This document shows, piece after piece, positions 49,914-59,959 of a stretch of DNA of 64,000 nucleotides; position 1 is the stretch's first letter; every line of letters begins with the position of its first letter. This DNA comes from Deltaproteobacteria bacterium (lineage in GTDB: Bacteria > UBA10199 > JADGCS01). The notes under the pieces were generated by a model. That model was not told where the DNA came from, made no database searches, and worked only from the letters and a program-made list of their open reading frames with translations. Location: the NCBI GenBank assembly GCA_024233595.1, contig JACKPK010000001.1:267665-331664 (forward strand). Direction: 5' to 3'. Both the position numbers and the translations under genes were made by a program.

Positions 49914-51086
49914 TTATCTGTTGTTTAAGGAACGCTCCAACACAAGAGCAGAAAGAGTCACACCAATCACTGAAGAAATAATACCAACATACTTCACAAA
50001 GTTTTCAATGGCTTTTTTCTTAACAATGATCACATCACCCGCTTGAATGGTTTGCTCTAATTTTCGACGTACTTTTTTTCCATTTCTAAAAACAATCACT
50101 GAACCCAAACGCGCTTCAGCTGTTGCTCCTGCATAAGCAACATAGTCTTTAATGCGAAAATGAGACTTATAAGGAAAGGCCCCAGGAGAAATCACAGCAC
50201 CAATCACAAAGACATCTGCCACACTTGTCGGGTAGACTAAATTTTCGCCAGGAATGCTCTCGACTGAGTAGTCGAACTTTTTATGAGAGTTGATGATATC
50301 AGGAACAATGATCACATCGCCCTTTTCGATTTCGAATTTTTTAATGTCACGACGATTTTGCTCAACATCTAAAACTATTTTTTGTCCGTCTTCCGTAAAA
50401 CGAATCACACGTATAGGGGCTTTTTTAGCCACTGACTTGGTCACGCCACCTGCGAGTGAGAGAATCTGAGAAAGATTTTTTTCGTAGTACAATTCAAATA
50501 CCCCGGGACGAGCAACAGGACCTTCGATCCGTACTGCGCCTTTGGGGTTTGGAACAAAAATCACATCGTTGTCTTCAACAAAGGGGTTGTTTTTTAAATC
50601 ACCCGACTGAAAATACCGGTAAAGATCATAAGTTTTTCCACGCTCACCTTGCTTTCTAAGCTCGATCACACGAACAGAAGCGCGAGTCGGCACAGCCAAT
50701 TTGAGCAAATCAGCAGCTCTTGTTCCAGCTTGCACCGTGAATAAGCCTGGGTTTTGCACATCACCCAAAATGTGAACCTGAATGGTCTGCATTTTAACAA
50801 GACCAAAACCAAGCCCTTGTCCTGCACCACCTTGTAATCCAGCCGCCTGTTGCAAGATTTGTCTGTTTTGATTGCTCTGACTCAGATCGGTTACTGAACC
50901 CGGCGTTAGCGGATCATTGGGATTGCTATTGTTTTGGCTGCCACCAAGTTGACGTTGCAAACCCAATTGCGAGGTGTATTGTGCCCAAACAGGAAAAGGA
51001 AAAACGAAACTAAAAATCAAAAAAACAACGAGACATTTTGAAAATGAAGAAGTCATCAGATTCTTAAATAAGTTGGGTTGTTTCAT
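49914..51086 (-). CDS. Polysaccharide export protein (Wza/SLBB-like)
   Basis: 390 aa with an N-terminal signal sequence, repeated SLBB-like 'NDVIFVP', 'GDVIIVP' and 'GDVIIVKK' motifs, and a C-terminal TM segment. Confidence 0.6.
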   Translation of the reverse strand: MKQPNLFKNLMTSSFSKCLVVFLIFSFVFPFPVWAQYTSQLGLQRQLGGSQNNSNPNDPLTPGSVTDLSQSNQNRQILQQAAGLQGGAGQGLGFGLVKMQTIQVHILGDVQNPGLFTVQAGTRAADLLKLAVPTRASVRVIELRKQGERGKTYDLYRYFQSGDLKNNPFVEDNDVIFVPNPKGAVRIEGPVARPGVFELYYEKNLSQILSLAGGVTKSVAKKAPIRVIRFTEDGQKIVLDVEQNRRDIKKFEIEKGDVIIVPDIINSHKKFDYSVESIPGENLVYPTSVADVFVIGAVISPGAFPYKSHFRIKDYVAYAGATAEARLGSVIVFRNGKKVRRKLEQTIQAGDVIIVKKKAIENFVKYVGIISSVIGVTLSALVLERSLNNR

Positions 51087-51260
51087 AAAAGTTTCTCTTC
51101 ATTTTGACCATTGACATCTAGCAATCGCCAAAAAATCAACAAAATCATAATCTCATGCGAAAAAGCCCTATTGCAAATGTTCGCCCATGCAATCAAGCGC
51201 TATTTAAATCGTTTATTATTTTACTAAAATTGGAACGTATTTGATTCTATGAAACTATAC

Positions 51261-52055
51261 TTATTCTTTTTTCTTTTTCACTGCTGCTATTACAATTTTA
51301 GGTCTATTTTCGCTCTTATCGAAAAAAAGTTCTTTCTTTTCTAAAACAAAAAATCCACTGTTTGAAAGGAGTTCAAAATAATTATGAGAAAAACCAACTG
51401 TTTTTGTATGATCATTGTCGATTTCTTTACTTGCCGTATATTGCATAAAGTCTAGATTTACTGGTTCGTGTATTATAATGACACAATTCAATGGAATAGT
51501 ATTCAATATTCTTTTAACTGTATTTGAATGTAAAAAAAATAAAGTTTGGCAAGATAGAAAAACTGTACATCCCTCAAAACTTTGAAGGTTTTCAATATTT
51601 TCGCACTCAAAAGTGATTTTTTTAAATTCTCTAAAATACTGATTAGCAAATTCAATACTTGCTGCATTTATATCATAGCCAGAGTACCGACACCCTAATT
51701 CATCAATTCCAAGTCTCTTGGGCCATTGCCCTGCCGAACAACCAATCTCAACTACGATTGAATTTGAATTAAGATATTTTTTTGCCATTTCATAAAAATC
51801 ACTATAATTTTTACTCCAACTTTTACTTTCTCTTTGAAACTGAGATTTGGCATGAAGAAAACCTCCTTCTCGGCCCCAAAATAATTTTGCTAATTCACCA
51901 TGTTTTGTAGATCTAGCATACAGCTTTCTATATATTGGCCAAGTAAACCGCTTCAAAATCTTTGAAGTAATACTAGGCTTAGTTTGTTTTCGCTCAAAAT
52001 TTCTGATGAATATTTGTGTAAGAAAATTCAAATTAATCTCCTGATATTTAGGCAT
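51261..52055 (-). CDS. Class I SAM-dependent methyltransferase
   Basis: 264 aa with motif I 'VVEIGCSAGQW'. It lies in the glycan locus. Confidence 0.5.
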   Translation of the reverse strand: MPKYQEINLNFLTQIFIRNFERKQTKPSITSKILKRFTWPIYRKLYARSTKHGELAKLFWGREGGFLHAKSQFQRESKSWSKNYSDFYEMAKKYLNSNSIVVEIGCSAGQWPKRLGIDELGCRYSGYDINAASIEFANQYFREFKKITFECENIENLQSFEGCTVFLSCQTLFFLHSNTVKRILNTIPLNCVIIIHEPVNLDFMQYTASKEIDNDHTKTVGFSHNYFELLSNSGFFVLEKKELFFDKSENRPKIVIAAVKKKKE

Positions 52056-52121
52056 TTCTCAAAAAACACTAAATCTGATTTTGACATAGCATCACATTAA
52101 AAATAATAATTCCCAATTGAT

Positions 52122-53210
52122 TTAAAAAAAGTCAAATATAACATGATACTCAACCCAATGTTGCCTTAGTTCCAAATTCATAAATAAAATAACTATGGAC
52201 AAAAATGCTATTCCCATACTCACAACTTTCTTTTCTTTGAATAGAGAAATTAAAAAAGCTATTACAACGGGATCCCCTGCTGATAAAAATGTTGCAATCC
52301 GAGCAGCTAAAATAGGAATCTCTTGAAGAGCAAAAAGCCACGCTGTAGATAAAATGTACATAACCATTATTGGATAAAAATATTTAAACTTAGTTTTCAA
52401 AATTTCTTTAGAACCAACTAGAAAAAAACAAAAAAATAATTGTTTTAATGTCATTGGATTTAAAACTCCTAAAGCATCATCGGAATATGTTTCTTGATAC
52501 CACGCAAGCTTTTGAGGCAACACATTGGCAGCGCCCATAAGATTTAGGAAACTATCAAGCCAACTTGTTAAACCTAACGCAAACCCAACTATTAAAGGGA
52601 AAAAAAGCATCTTCTTCCCAAAATCTTTTTTGCAAACCCAGTAAACTGGCAATGCAATTATAGCGCCAACATGAAATAAAAATGCTAGAATAATAGCCAC
52701 CGTATACTGCAGAGGCTTTTTATGAACAATAAAGTACACAGAACAAAGCACAATCGCACTGGCAAGACCCGCACGAATTTGAATCAATTCTTTATAAAGG
52801 AATAAATGAGAAAAATACCAAAGTAATGAAAGCAAAGGGTAAGGAGAAAATTTCTTAAACGCAACGCAGTTTAGTCCCACAGCCAAGGCCGCCACAATAA
52901 CAAAGACTGGAATGCTACTATCAAAAAAAGTTTTAACCAAGGTGTTTAAAAATAAATAAAGAAATTCACCATGAATGCGAGGTGGATTTCCACCATAATA
53001 AAGAAAATCATAAAGATGAACTGTCTCACCATAAATGCCCACGTAATTGCCGTAATCGGTAAACCAAAACCCTCTAAAACCAGCCATACAAGCTAAGATC
53101 ACAAAACCAATAAAAAGATACGCTGGCTGCATGTATTTAGAATGAGCGTAGGCATCCAAAAAACAAAAGAGCAGCAGAACAAAAGCCACAACGTAATAAG
53201 TGAGCATCAT
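52122..53210 (-). CDS. EpsG-family / Wzy-like polysaccharide polymerase
   Basis: 362-aa polytopic membrane protein. The N-terminal 'GFRGFWFTDYGNYVGIY' resembles the EpsG motif (R..vG.D...Y). Confidence 0.55.
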   Translation of the reverse strand: MMLTYYVVAFVLLLFCFLDAYAHSKYMQPAYLFIGFVILACMAGFRGFWFTDYGNYVGIYGETVHLYDFLYYGGNPPRIHGEFLYLFLNTLVKTFFDSSIPVFVIVAALAVGLNCVAFKKFSPYPLLSLLWYFSHLFLYKELIQIRAGLASAIVLCSVYFIVHKKPLQYTVAIILAFLFHVGAIIALPVYWVCKKDFGKKMLFFPLIVGFALGLTSWLDSFLNLMGAANVLPQKLAWYQETYSDDALGVLNPMTLKQLFFCFFLVGSKEILKTKFKYFYPIMVMYILSTAWLFALQEIPILAARIATFLSAGDPVVIAFLISLFKEKKVVSMGIAFLSIVILFMNLELRQHWVEYHVIFDFF

Positions 53211-54433
53211 GCGGCCTGCCTTTTTTGGCTTTGCTGATTTGGCAAATTAACCATGGAACGTGCACGCTCCAACCAAGTGTATTTTTGTAAATAGTCCTGA
53301 CGCGCTTCGAATGCTAAACGCTTTGCAAACTCAGGGTCTTGTATCAGAGTGTTTAAACAGGAGCTCCATTCCTTAGCGTCATCGCAAGTTGCCAAGAGAC
53401 AGTTTTTTTGATGCCCCAACACTTCTCTGAGGACTGGCAAATCCGAGGAAATAATCGGCACACCCGAAGCCATGTATTCAAACATTTTCATTGGCGACAT
53501 CCATTTTGAAGTGTCTGAATTTTTAGCACCAATGGAGACCGATTTTTGATACGGCATCAGCAAAACGTCCATTGATTTCATGTAATCAATGACCTCTAAA
53601 GGAGGAACATGCCCCACAATCTGTAAATTACTTGGCAAGGCTTGCGCTTTAAGAGCGTTGATTTCGATCTCGTTACCACCAAACACAAAAAAACTCTGAT
53701 CTGAATTCTGACGAGCCATTTCGACAATGACTTCAATGCCACGCCCCGGATACAAATGCCCAAAATACCCCACGCAAAACTGCTTTTCATTTTTTAAAAA
53801 TGCCGCAAGGTGCTGGGCTCTAAATTTTTGTTTTTGAATTTGTGTAAAAGGTTCAATGCCCGCGGGAGCCGCATCGGCAAAGACATGAACGTTTTTTAAA
53901 AAATCTTGCTCTAAACTAAGGTGTTCCGCCAAAATTGTTTTTAAAGCATCTGTAATGACAACTGTTTGCACGTTTGGATGAGTCACTAAAAAATTTTGCC
54001 ATTTCTTTTTGCGTCCTGACTCTGGATTATGGGTTTCATAAACCAAAGGCACTTTCACAAAACGCGCAACCAAATAAGACGCGTAGAAATTTCTAGAGAC
54101 AACCAGCTGCAAACGCCCTTTTAAGGATGATTTAAGAACCTGCCAAAAACCAAACAAACCCAAAATAATGTTCAAACCCTTTTGAAAAGGAAGATTGATT
54201 GTTTTTAAATTTAAGTTTGGAAAGGAAGCACCATAAAACGATTCTAAATGAGAACGCAGGCCTTTTTTATTTTTGATCGATCGGTAAGCTGTTAAGAGCA
54301 CCGAGCCTTTGTGAAAAGAACTCAAGGCTTCGCACATCCGAATCACATGAATCGAGTTGGCTGTACGCGATGGCACAATTGATGGCGAAACATATATGAT
54401 CTGGTTTTTTGTGTCTGATTCTATGGAGTGCAA
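53207..54433 (-). CDS. Glycosyltransferase, GT4 (GT-B fold)
   Basis: 408 aa with the C-terminal 'SPMKMFEYMASGVPIISSDLPVLREVL' (EX7E-type motif). Confidence 0.7.
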   Translation of the reverse strand: MHSIESDTKNQIIYVSPSIVPSRTANSIHVIRMCEALSSFHKGSVLLTAYRSIKNKKGLRSHLESFYGASFPNLNLKTINLPFQKGLNIILGLFGFWQVLKSSLKGRLQLVVSRNFYASYLVARFVKVPLVYETHNPESGRKKKWQNFLVTHPNVQTVVITDALKTILAEHLSLEQDFLKNVHVFADAAPAGIEPFTQIQKQKFRAQHLAAFLKNEKQFCVGYFGHLYPGRGIEVIVEMARQNSDQSFFVFGGNEIEINALKAQALPSNLQIVGHVPPLEVIDYMKSMDVLLMPYQKSVSIGAKNSDTSKWMSPMKMFEYMASGVPIISSDLPVLREVLGHQKNCLLATCDDAKEWSSCLNTLIQDPEFAKRLAFEARQDYLQKYTWLERARSMVNLPNQQSQKRQAA

Positions 54434-54457
54434 AATAGCCCCATCACAAAATTTTAT

Positions 54458-55456
54458 TTATTTTTTCTTAGCAACACAAACCATATGGCTAGATTGTTGC
54501 TTCTCTACGAGAAATTTTTGGAGGCTCTGTTTAAATTCTTCGTTTTGATTTAAAAAATCTTCAAATAATGTGATCTCTTTAGCAAAAGGACCTTTTGATC
54601 CATTTCTTAAGATAATATCGACATCAAACTTACCGGGCGTTTTTAGTTCCAGTGTTTCAAATGAAAAACGTTCCATGAAATTCCGCAAAGCTTTTGGCGT
54701 GTACAAACGAATGTGATCAAAGGGAACAGTCGGTGATTTTTGCTGCAAAACTTTGATTTCTAAGCTGTCGCCATTAGGCGTTGTAAAAATAAAAATCCCA
54801 CCAGGAGCCAAGCTTTCTTGAGCCAATTTAAAATAGTCTTCTGGCTCAACAAGATGCTCTAAAACCTCGTAAGAGATAACAACATCGACTGCTCCAGGTT
54901 TTTTAAATTCCGCAAACGAACCGCGAAACAAATTGATTTTGTCGTGCTTAAGATTCAACTCCTGCGGCTCAATCATGTGAATCTCAGAAAATAAATCATC
55001 TTCACACATGAGCTCTGCCATTTCGCCATTGCCCGAACCAATTTCGAGCACTCGGAGGTTTTCTTTTTTAGGTGAATGCTCTGCAATGATGCTTTTTACC
55101 TGTGCCAAACGCTCATGATACATTTTCATGCGCGATTTTTTGACATGCTCAGGCATTTCTCGCCACAACGCAAAAGCTTTGCTGTTGTTTAAAAAATCGA
55201 TGATACGATCTTCTGGCGGGCAAGGATCAATGAATAAGGTATCGCAGTCCTGACAGCGACTATGATCAAACCCTAGACAACTGAATTCTGTCTCAAGGTT
55301 TTTTGATTCACAGCAAGGGCAAGAACCTTTTTTAGGCTGATTCTGAAATTCTTTAGAAAAATCAGAAATTTCTTTTTCTAAAAGATTCTCTTTAAAATTC
55401 TTTTCGAATTCTTCGTCATGAACCTCGTTAAATTTAATCGCTGCATTTGCTACCAT
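54458..55456 (-). CDS. SAM-dependent methyltransferase with N-terminal Zn-ribbon
   Basis: 332 aa with 'CPCCES...CQDC' followed by motif I 'VLEIGSGNGEMA'. Confidence 0.6.
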   Translation of the reverse strand: MVANAAIKFNEVHDEEFEKNFKENLLEKEISDFSKEFQNQPKKGSCPCCESKNLETEFSCLGFDHSRCQDCDTLFIDPCPPEDRIIDFLNNSKAFALWREMPEHVKKSRMKMYHERLAQVKSIIAEHSPKKENLRVLEIGSGNGEMAELMCEDDLFSEIHMIEPQELNLKHDKINLFRGSFAEFKKPGAVDVVISYEVLEHLVEPEDYFKLAQESLAPGGIFIFTTPNGDSLEIKVLQQKSPTVPFDHIRLYTPKALRNFMERFSFETLELKTPGKFDVDIILRNGSKGPFAKEITLFEDFLNQNEEFKQSLQKFLVEKQQSSHMVCVAKKK

Positions 55457-55475
55457 TTATCCTCCAACTAAAAAA

Positions 55476-57038
55476 TTAAGCTTCTTTTATAAGTGCCTGA
55501 ATTAATCTATCAGCTTCATGACTACCTTTTTCTAAATATTCATTAAGGTGACTTTTTTTCCAACCATGCCCATCTAAAACATCAAGGGGGTAAGATTGCA
55601 TTTTTTCCAAAAAATAAGTGTAACAAGCCACATCGTTTTTTTGTTCAGGTGTTACTTTAATTTGTTTCCAATTTTCTATTTGTTCAAAATAATTTTGTTC
55701 ACTACTCGCATAATTTAATGACAAAGCTCTATAGACAGGATTTCCGGCTATAACACAAGGAACTTCTAAATATACAAGCTCCATCGCCACACTCGATGTC
55801 CAAACCAAACCACAATCCATGATTTTTGAAATTTCATAGAGACTAAATGAATTTGGGTGCAAAAGCCGTATGTTATCTGACAATTTACAAAATTCTTTTG
55901 TAAAAGTTTCCAATGTCTCATTAGGAGCTCGGCTCAACTCCGCGATATGAGGTTTTAATATCAGTAAGTCTCCCCTATCTTTAAAAAATGAAATAGTTTT
56001 TTTAATCCATTCGCATAAATCATTAAAAACTACCGAACTATCAATAACTGCCAAATCATAAAATAAATGCCCAAACAAAACAAAAACACTTTTTCCCCGT
56101 GATCTGTACTCATCGGATAAATTCTGAATTTCTTGAATTTCTCTCTTTTGTTCGAGATTATGCGCTTGCTCTACAGGCCTTAAAACCACCTTCTCAATCG
56201 ATTTACAAATATCACTTACTTCACTTGAAATTTTTCGAATAGAATCAAGTTCATCTGGGCTAACTTCTATTCCAAAATCTAATTTTCTTTTATTTAAATT
56301 AGAAATAATATATTTCCAATTTTTCCAATCTCCTCTAAAATAATACTTATTCAATGCGGGCAATACTGTAATACATTGAACTTCTTCGCATTCAAAATGA
56401 TCTGAAAGAAATTTAAACACACTATTAGGAAGGTCAATAAATTGAGTGATGAGAATTCTTATCTTTTTACTGTTTTCGTTAGCAAAATCTCTAAAAAGAT
56501 AAAAATAGGCTAAAAGTAAATCACACGCATCTGCAGCTTTTTTAGCCTGAGATAAAATTTCACTACTAGAAAAATCTAAGTTCAATCTTTTATTTGCCGA
56601 TGTTAATGAACTTTTAATTATTGGGAAGAAATCAATTTTATCTATCAAATATTTTTCATTCTTAAAATCAGCTTCATGATTAAATTGTCGTTTATCAAAA
56701 ATTGTACTTCGAAAAACAAGGGGAAACCCTGCTACACTTAGACTGTTACTAATGGTTTTTCCTTTAAAATTTAGACTAAACCTATAAGAATTATAAACTG
56801 TACCTTGAACCAAAAAATACGCTTCAAACCCCTTCCGAGTCAATTCTCGCGCCAAAACAGTATAAAAAGGCTCCCTTGTATTAGAACGATGTGGTGAAAA
56901 AATATAAACAAGCTCAGAATCAGGTTGGGGCCATTCATTAACTTCTCTAAGTATTTTGATAGTAATAAACTTGATTTTAGCCAAAATTAACTTTTGTTTA
57001 AAATTTCTTAATATTTTTATCGGATTCTTATTTCCCAA
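55476..57038 (-). CDS. Uncharacterised protein, weakly KpsC/KpsS (Capsule_synth)-like; candidate ulosonic-acid transferase
   Basis: 520 aa. 'SVFVLFGHLFYD', 'LLILKPHIAE' and 'GLVWTSSVAMELVYLEVPCVIAGNPVY' resemble the capsule-synthesis family patterns (..lviK.HP.., ..tinStvglEAl..gkPv...G...Y). Eye-level match only. Confidence 0.3.
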   Translation of the reverse strand: MGNKNPIKILRNFKQKLILAKIKFITIKILREVNEWPQPDSELVYIFSPHRSNTREPFYTVLARELTRKGFEAYFLVQGTVYNSYRFSLNFKGKTISNSLSVAGFPLVFRSTIFDKRQFNHEADFKNEKYLIDKIDFFPIIKSSLTSANKRLNLDFSSSEILSQAKKAADACDLLLAYFYLFRDFANENSKKIRILITQFIDLPNSVFKFLSDHFECEEVQCITVLPALNKYYFRGDWKNWKYIISNLNKRKLDFGIEVSPDELDSIRKISSEVSDICKSIEKVVLRPVEQAHNLEQKREIQEIQNLSDEYRSRGKSVFVLFGHLFYDLAVIDSSVVFNDLCEWIKKTISFFKDRGDLLILKPHIAELSRAPNETLETFTKEFCKLSDNIRLLHPNSFSLYEISKIMDCGLVWTSSVAMELVYLEVPCVIAGNPVYRALSLNYASSEQNYFEQIENWKQIKVTPEQKNDVACYTYFLEKMQSYPLDVLDGHGWKKSHLNEYLEKGSHEADRLIQALIKEA

Positions 57039-57054
57039 AACATCACCTAAAAGC

Positions 57055-57708
57055 TTAAAATTTTAAAAACGCCTCAATCATTTTCAAACCCGCTTCACCA
57101 CTTTTTTCTGGATGAAACTGGCAGCCATACAAGTTATCACGACGAATCGCTGCCGAAATTTTTCGCCCATCGTACTCACAATCAGCCAAACGATGCGACT
57201 CGTTTTCTGGCATGGCTGTGAATGAATGCACAAAGTAAGTCATTTCTCCTTCGTTTGTGCTTTGCAAAATTGTTTGATCCCAATTGGTGTCCGCAGACGG
57301 TTTACGCAATGCACTCCAACCAATGTGAGGGATTTTGTGTTTGTTGCCGCTTGCATCGGTGTCGGGAATTTTAATGACCTTACCAGGAATCAGATTTAAG
57401 CCTTTTGTTTCGCCGAACTCTTCGCTCATGCTCAGCATCATTTGCATGCCCAAACAAATTCCTAAAAAGGGTCGTTCTTTTGTAGCAAATTCTGAAATGA
57501 CATCGACCAAATTTAAGCGGCTAAGTTCTGCCATACCGTTATGAAAAGCCCCCACTCCTGGTAAAACTAATAGTTCAGCATCCAAAACATGCTTGGGGTC
57601 AGAAGTTAACAAAACCTCTGCACCAAAATGCTCAAAGGCACGTTCCACACTCAGCAGATTGCCCACTCCGTAATCAATGACTGTTACCTTTTTTGTCATG
57701 CTGCCCAT
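57055..57708 (-). CDS. HisH-like glutamine amidotransferase (WbuY-type glycan paralogue)
   Basis: 217 aa with 'GICLGMQMM' (catalytic Cys) and 'CQFHPEKSG'. It overlaps the HisF-like gene by 13 nt and lies in the glycan locus, not a his operon. Confidence 0.8.
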   Translation of the reverse strand: MGSMTKKVTVIDYGVGNLLSVERAFEHFGAEVLLTSDPKHVLDAELLVLPGVGAFHNGMAELSRLNLVDVISEFATKERPFLGICLGMQMMLSMSEEFGETKGLNLIPGKVIKIPDTDASGNKHKIPHIGWSALRKPSADTNWDQTILQSTNEGEMTYFVHSFTAMPENESHRLADCEYDGRKISAAIRRDNLYGCQFHPEKSGEAGLKMIEAFLKF

Positions 57709-58463
57709 TTTCTCACTGAAATGTTGTTCTGTTCTGCGGCTTCTTTCATTTGCTTAAAGGTGAGTCGGTTGTAGTGCAAAACATCAGCCATGGCCACGGC
57801 ATCTGCATGACCGTTTTGAATGACATCGACAAGATGATCTTCATTGCCCATGCCGCCACTCGCAATCACAGGAATGCTCACCGCATCGGAAACTTGACGA
57901 ACCAATTCAATATCAAAACCTTTTTTGGTTCCTTCTTGATCAACCGAGGTCAAAAGGATTTCACCCGCGCCTAATTCTTGTCCTTGCTTGGCCCACTCCA
58001 CAACATCCATACCGGTGTGCTCGCGTCCGTTATCGTAATACGCTTCCCATTGATTCGGTCCACAACGTTTTGCTTCGATCGAAAGAACCATGCACTGGCT
58101 ACCAAAGCGATCTGCGATTTCTGAAATCAATTCCGGGCGTTTGATCGCCGCTGTGTTGATCGCAATTTTATCCGCGCCATGACGCAATAAATTGTTGGCG
58201 TTATCGACAGAGCGAATGCCCCCGCCCACAGTCAATGGGATGAAGATATTATCTGCAGTATGACGAACAAGCTCGTGCAAGCTATTGCGTTCGTAGAGAC
58301 TGGCCACAATGTCCATGAAGACAAGCTCATCAGCACCTTGTTGATAATACTTTTGCGCGTGCTCTTGGGGATCACCAATCACACGCAAACCTTCCAAGTG
58401 AATGCCTTTGATGAGATTGGGAGCTTTAATGTCTAATCTTGCGATCAATCTTGTGTTAGCCAT
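57696..58463 (-). CDS. HisF-like cyclase subunit (WbuZ-type glycan paralogue)
   Basis: 255 aa, TIM-barrel HisF pattern with 'ARLDIK', 'GADELVFMDI', 'LTVGGGIRS' and 'SGGMG'. Confidence 0.8.
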   Translation of the reverse strand: MANTRLIARLDIKAPNLIKGIHLEGLRVIGDPQEHAQKYYQQGADELVFMDIVASLYERNSLHELVRHTADNIFIPLTVGGGIRSVDNANNLLRHGADKIAINTAAIKRPELISEIADRFGSQCMVLSIEAKRCGPNQWEAYYDNGREHTGMDVVEWAKQGQELGAGEILLTSVDQEGTKKGFDIELVRQVSDAVSIPVIASGGMGNEDHLVDVIQNGHADAVAMADVLHYNRLTFKQMKEAAEQNNISVRKWAA

Positions 58464-58472
58464 AGAACCTGC

Positions 58473-59786
58473 TTAGCTATCCCATTGTGTGTAACGACGT
58501 TTCCACTCGCCGTTTTCACGCTTCCACAAATGCGGTGAACGCGCACAATCAGTTAGGTGCATAAAGTACTCGTGATCCATTTTGGGATTTTCGAAAAGCC
58601 CCATGATTTTTTTACCAAAAGATTTTTCGTCGATTGTTAAGTACTCATAAAGTTCTTTGATAAAACGTTCTGGGAATTCGCCATCAAACTTTTTGGCAAG
58701 CGCCACACCCTCTTCACGTGTGATGTCACCAGAACGGATTTCTTGTGCGGCATCGTAAGTGGCGCGCCCAATACCGAATTTGATGAAGGTGGTGAAGTAA
58801 TGCAAGTCATCGATTTTATCGTCGATGCTGGAGTACTTGCTGTAAGTTCCTGGTGTACGCTCTGGAGAAGCTTGGAAACCACCATGCTCTACTGAATAAT
58901 AGTAACAGCTTTGAGGATGCCATTTGGTGTAATACCCCATGTAATGAACCTCAATGTCCTTGTCGTGGATCTTTTGAGGATCCGCTGGCATGTACATGTC
59001 GAGATCCGCTTCTTTAAGTCCAAACTCTGATTTTAAATCATGAACCGAGACACCAGAAATATAAGCGTTCTCACGGTCCGCGGTGAAGTAATCGTAACTT
59101 TGTTTTGCTGTTTCGTAACTGGCAATGGGGTTACCGTACTCAGCTTCGTTCTCACCGTAGAAAACCAATTTGATGTCTTTTTCGATGGCGAGTTTTGGAG
59201 ACACTGATTTTTGGCCCAAGAAAAAAGGCTGAAAAGGATGATAAATGCTTTCGACAGCCAAACGTGTGAGCAAGCGATGCACACGGCCATTGGGCGTGTA
59301 CAAGATGTTATCAAAACCGGCATGCAACCAAGCCTGAAAATTTTTCCATCCCCAATCGGTGTAAATATGAGGCGCCCAAGTCACAGTCAGTGGGTTCATG
59401 CCATATTTGTATTTGAGCAAATGCGAGGCGTAAAAACTATCTTTGCCGCCCGAGCCTGGCACAACACAATCAAAGCTACCATCTTTGCTGCGGTGGCGAT
59501 CACAAATTTCTTGAAGTTGTTGCTCACGATCTTCCCAGTTGATCTCCTGCTTTTTTATTTCGGCAACACGGCAAGCATCACAAATACCCTCTTCGTCAAA
59601 ATTGATAGTCTGTTTTTTAGAGTTGTTCTTGTGCTTGTATTCGACAGTCGAGCTTGGTCTTTGGTTCGAAATGATACAGCGTTTGCAAAATTTAACCTCT
59701 TTGGGCAGGCCGTATTTGGCATCTAACTTTGACACATCATCGGTCTCGTACTGACTCAAATCGAGTTCTTTTTTGGGAAACATCAT
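58473..59786 (-). CDS. N-acetyl sugar amidotransferase (PP-loop ATPase, WbuX/PseA-type)
   Basis: 437 aa with N-terminal Cys clusters 'CKRC...CDAC' and the PP-loop 'VPGSGGKDS'. It is adjacent to the HisH/HisF paralogues. Confidence 0.75.
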   Translation of the reverse strand: MMFPKKELDLSQYETDDVSKLDAKYGLPKEVKFCKRCIISNQRPSSTVEYKHKNNSKKQTINFDEEGICDACRVAEIKKQEINWEDREQQLQEICDRHRSKDGSFDCVVPGSGGKDSFYASHLLKYKYGMNPLTVTWAPHIYTDWGWKNFQAWLHAGFDNILYTPNGRVHRLLTRLAVESIYHPFQPFFLGQKSVSPKLAIEKDIKLVFYGENEAEYGNPIASYETAKQSYDYFTADRENAYISGVSVHDLKSEFGLKEADLDMYMPADPQKIHDKDIEVHYMGYYTKWHPQSCYYYSVEHGGFQASPERTPGTYSKYSSIDDKIDDLHYFTTFIKFGIGRATYDAAQEIRSGDITREEGVALAKKFDGEFPERFIKELYEYLTIDEKSFGKKIMGLFENPKMDHEYFMHLTDCARSPHLWKRENGEWKRRYTQWDS

Positions 59787-59959
59787 GGAATTAGTCCTTG
59801 TTTTTGCAACGAATTTTAAGAATTTTAATCCGAGCCCAATAACTACACTCTAGCGGATTAATCAAGCAACAGATCCGAACACATTTGGTGTTTTTTCAGC
59901 TGAGCTTAGTCATTGATATCACGAATGTTTTTGAGGATTTTTCTGAGATTTTTTGAGCC

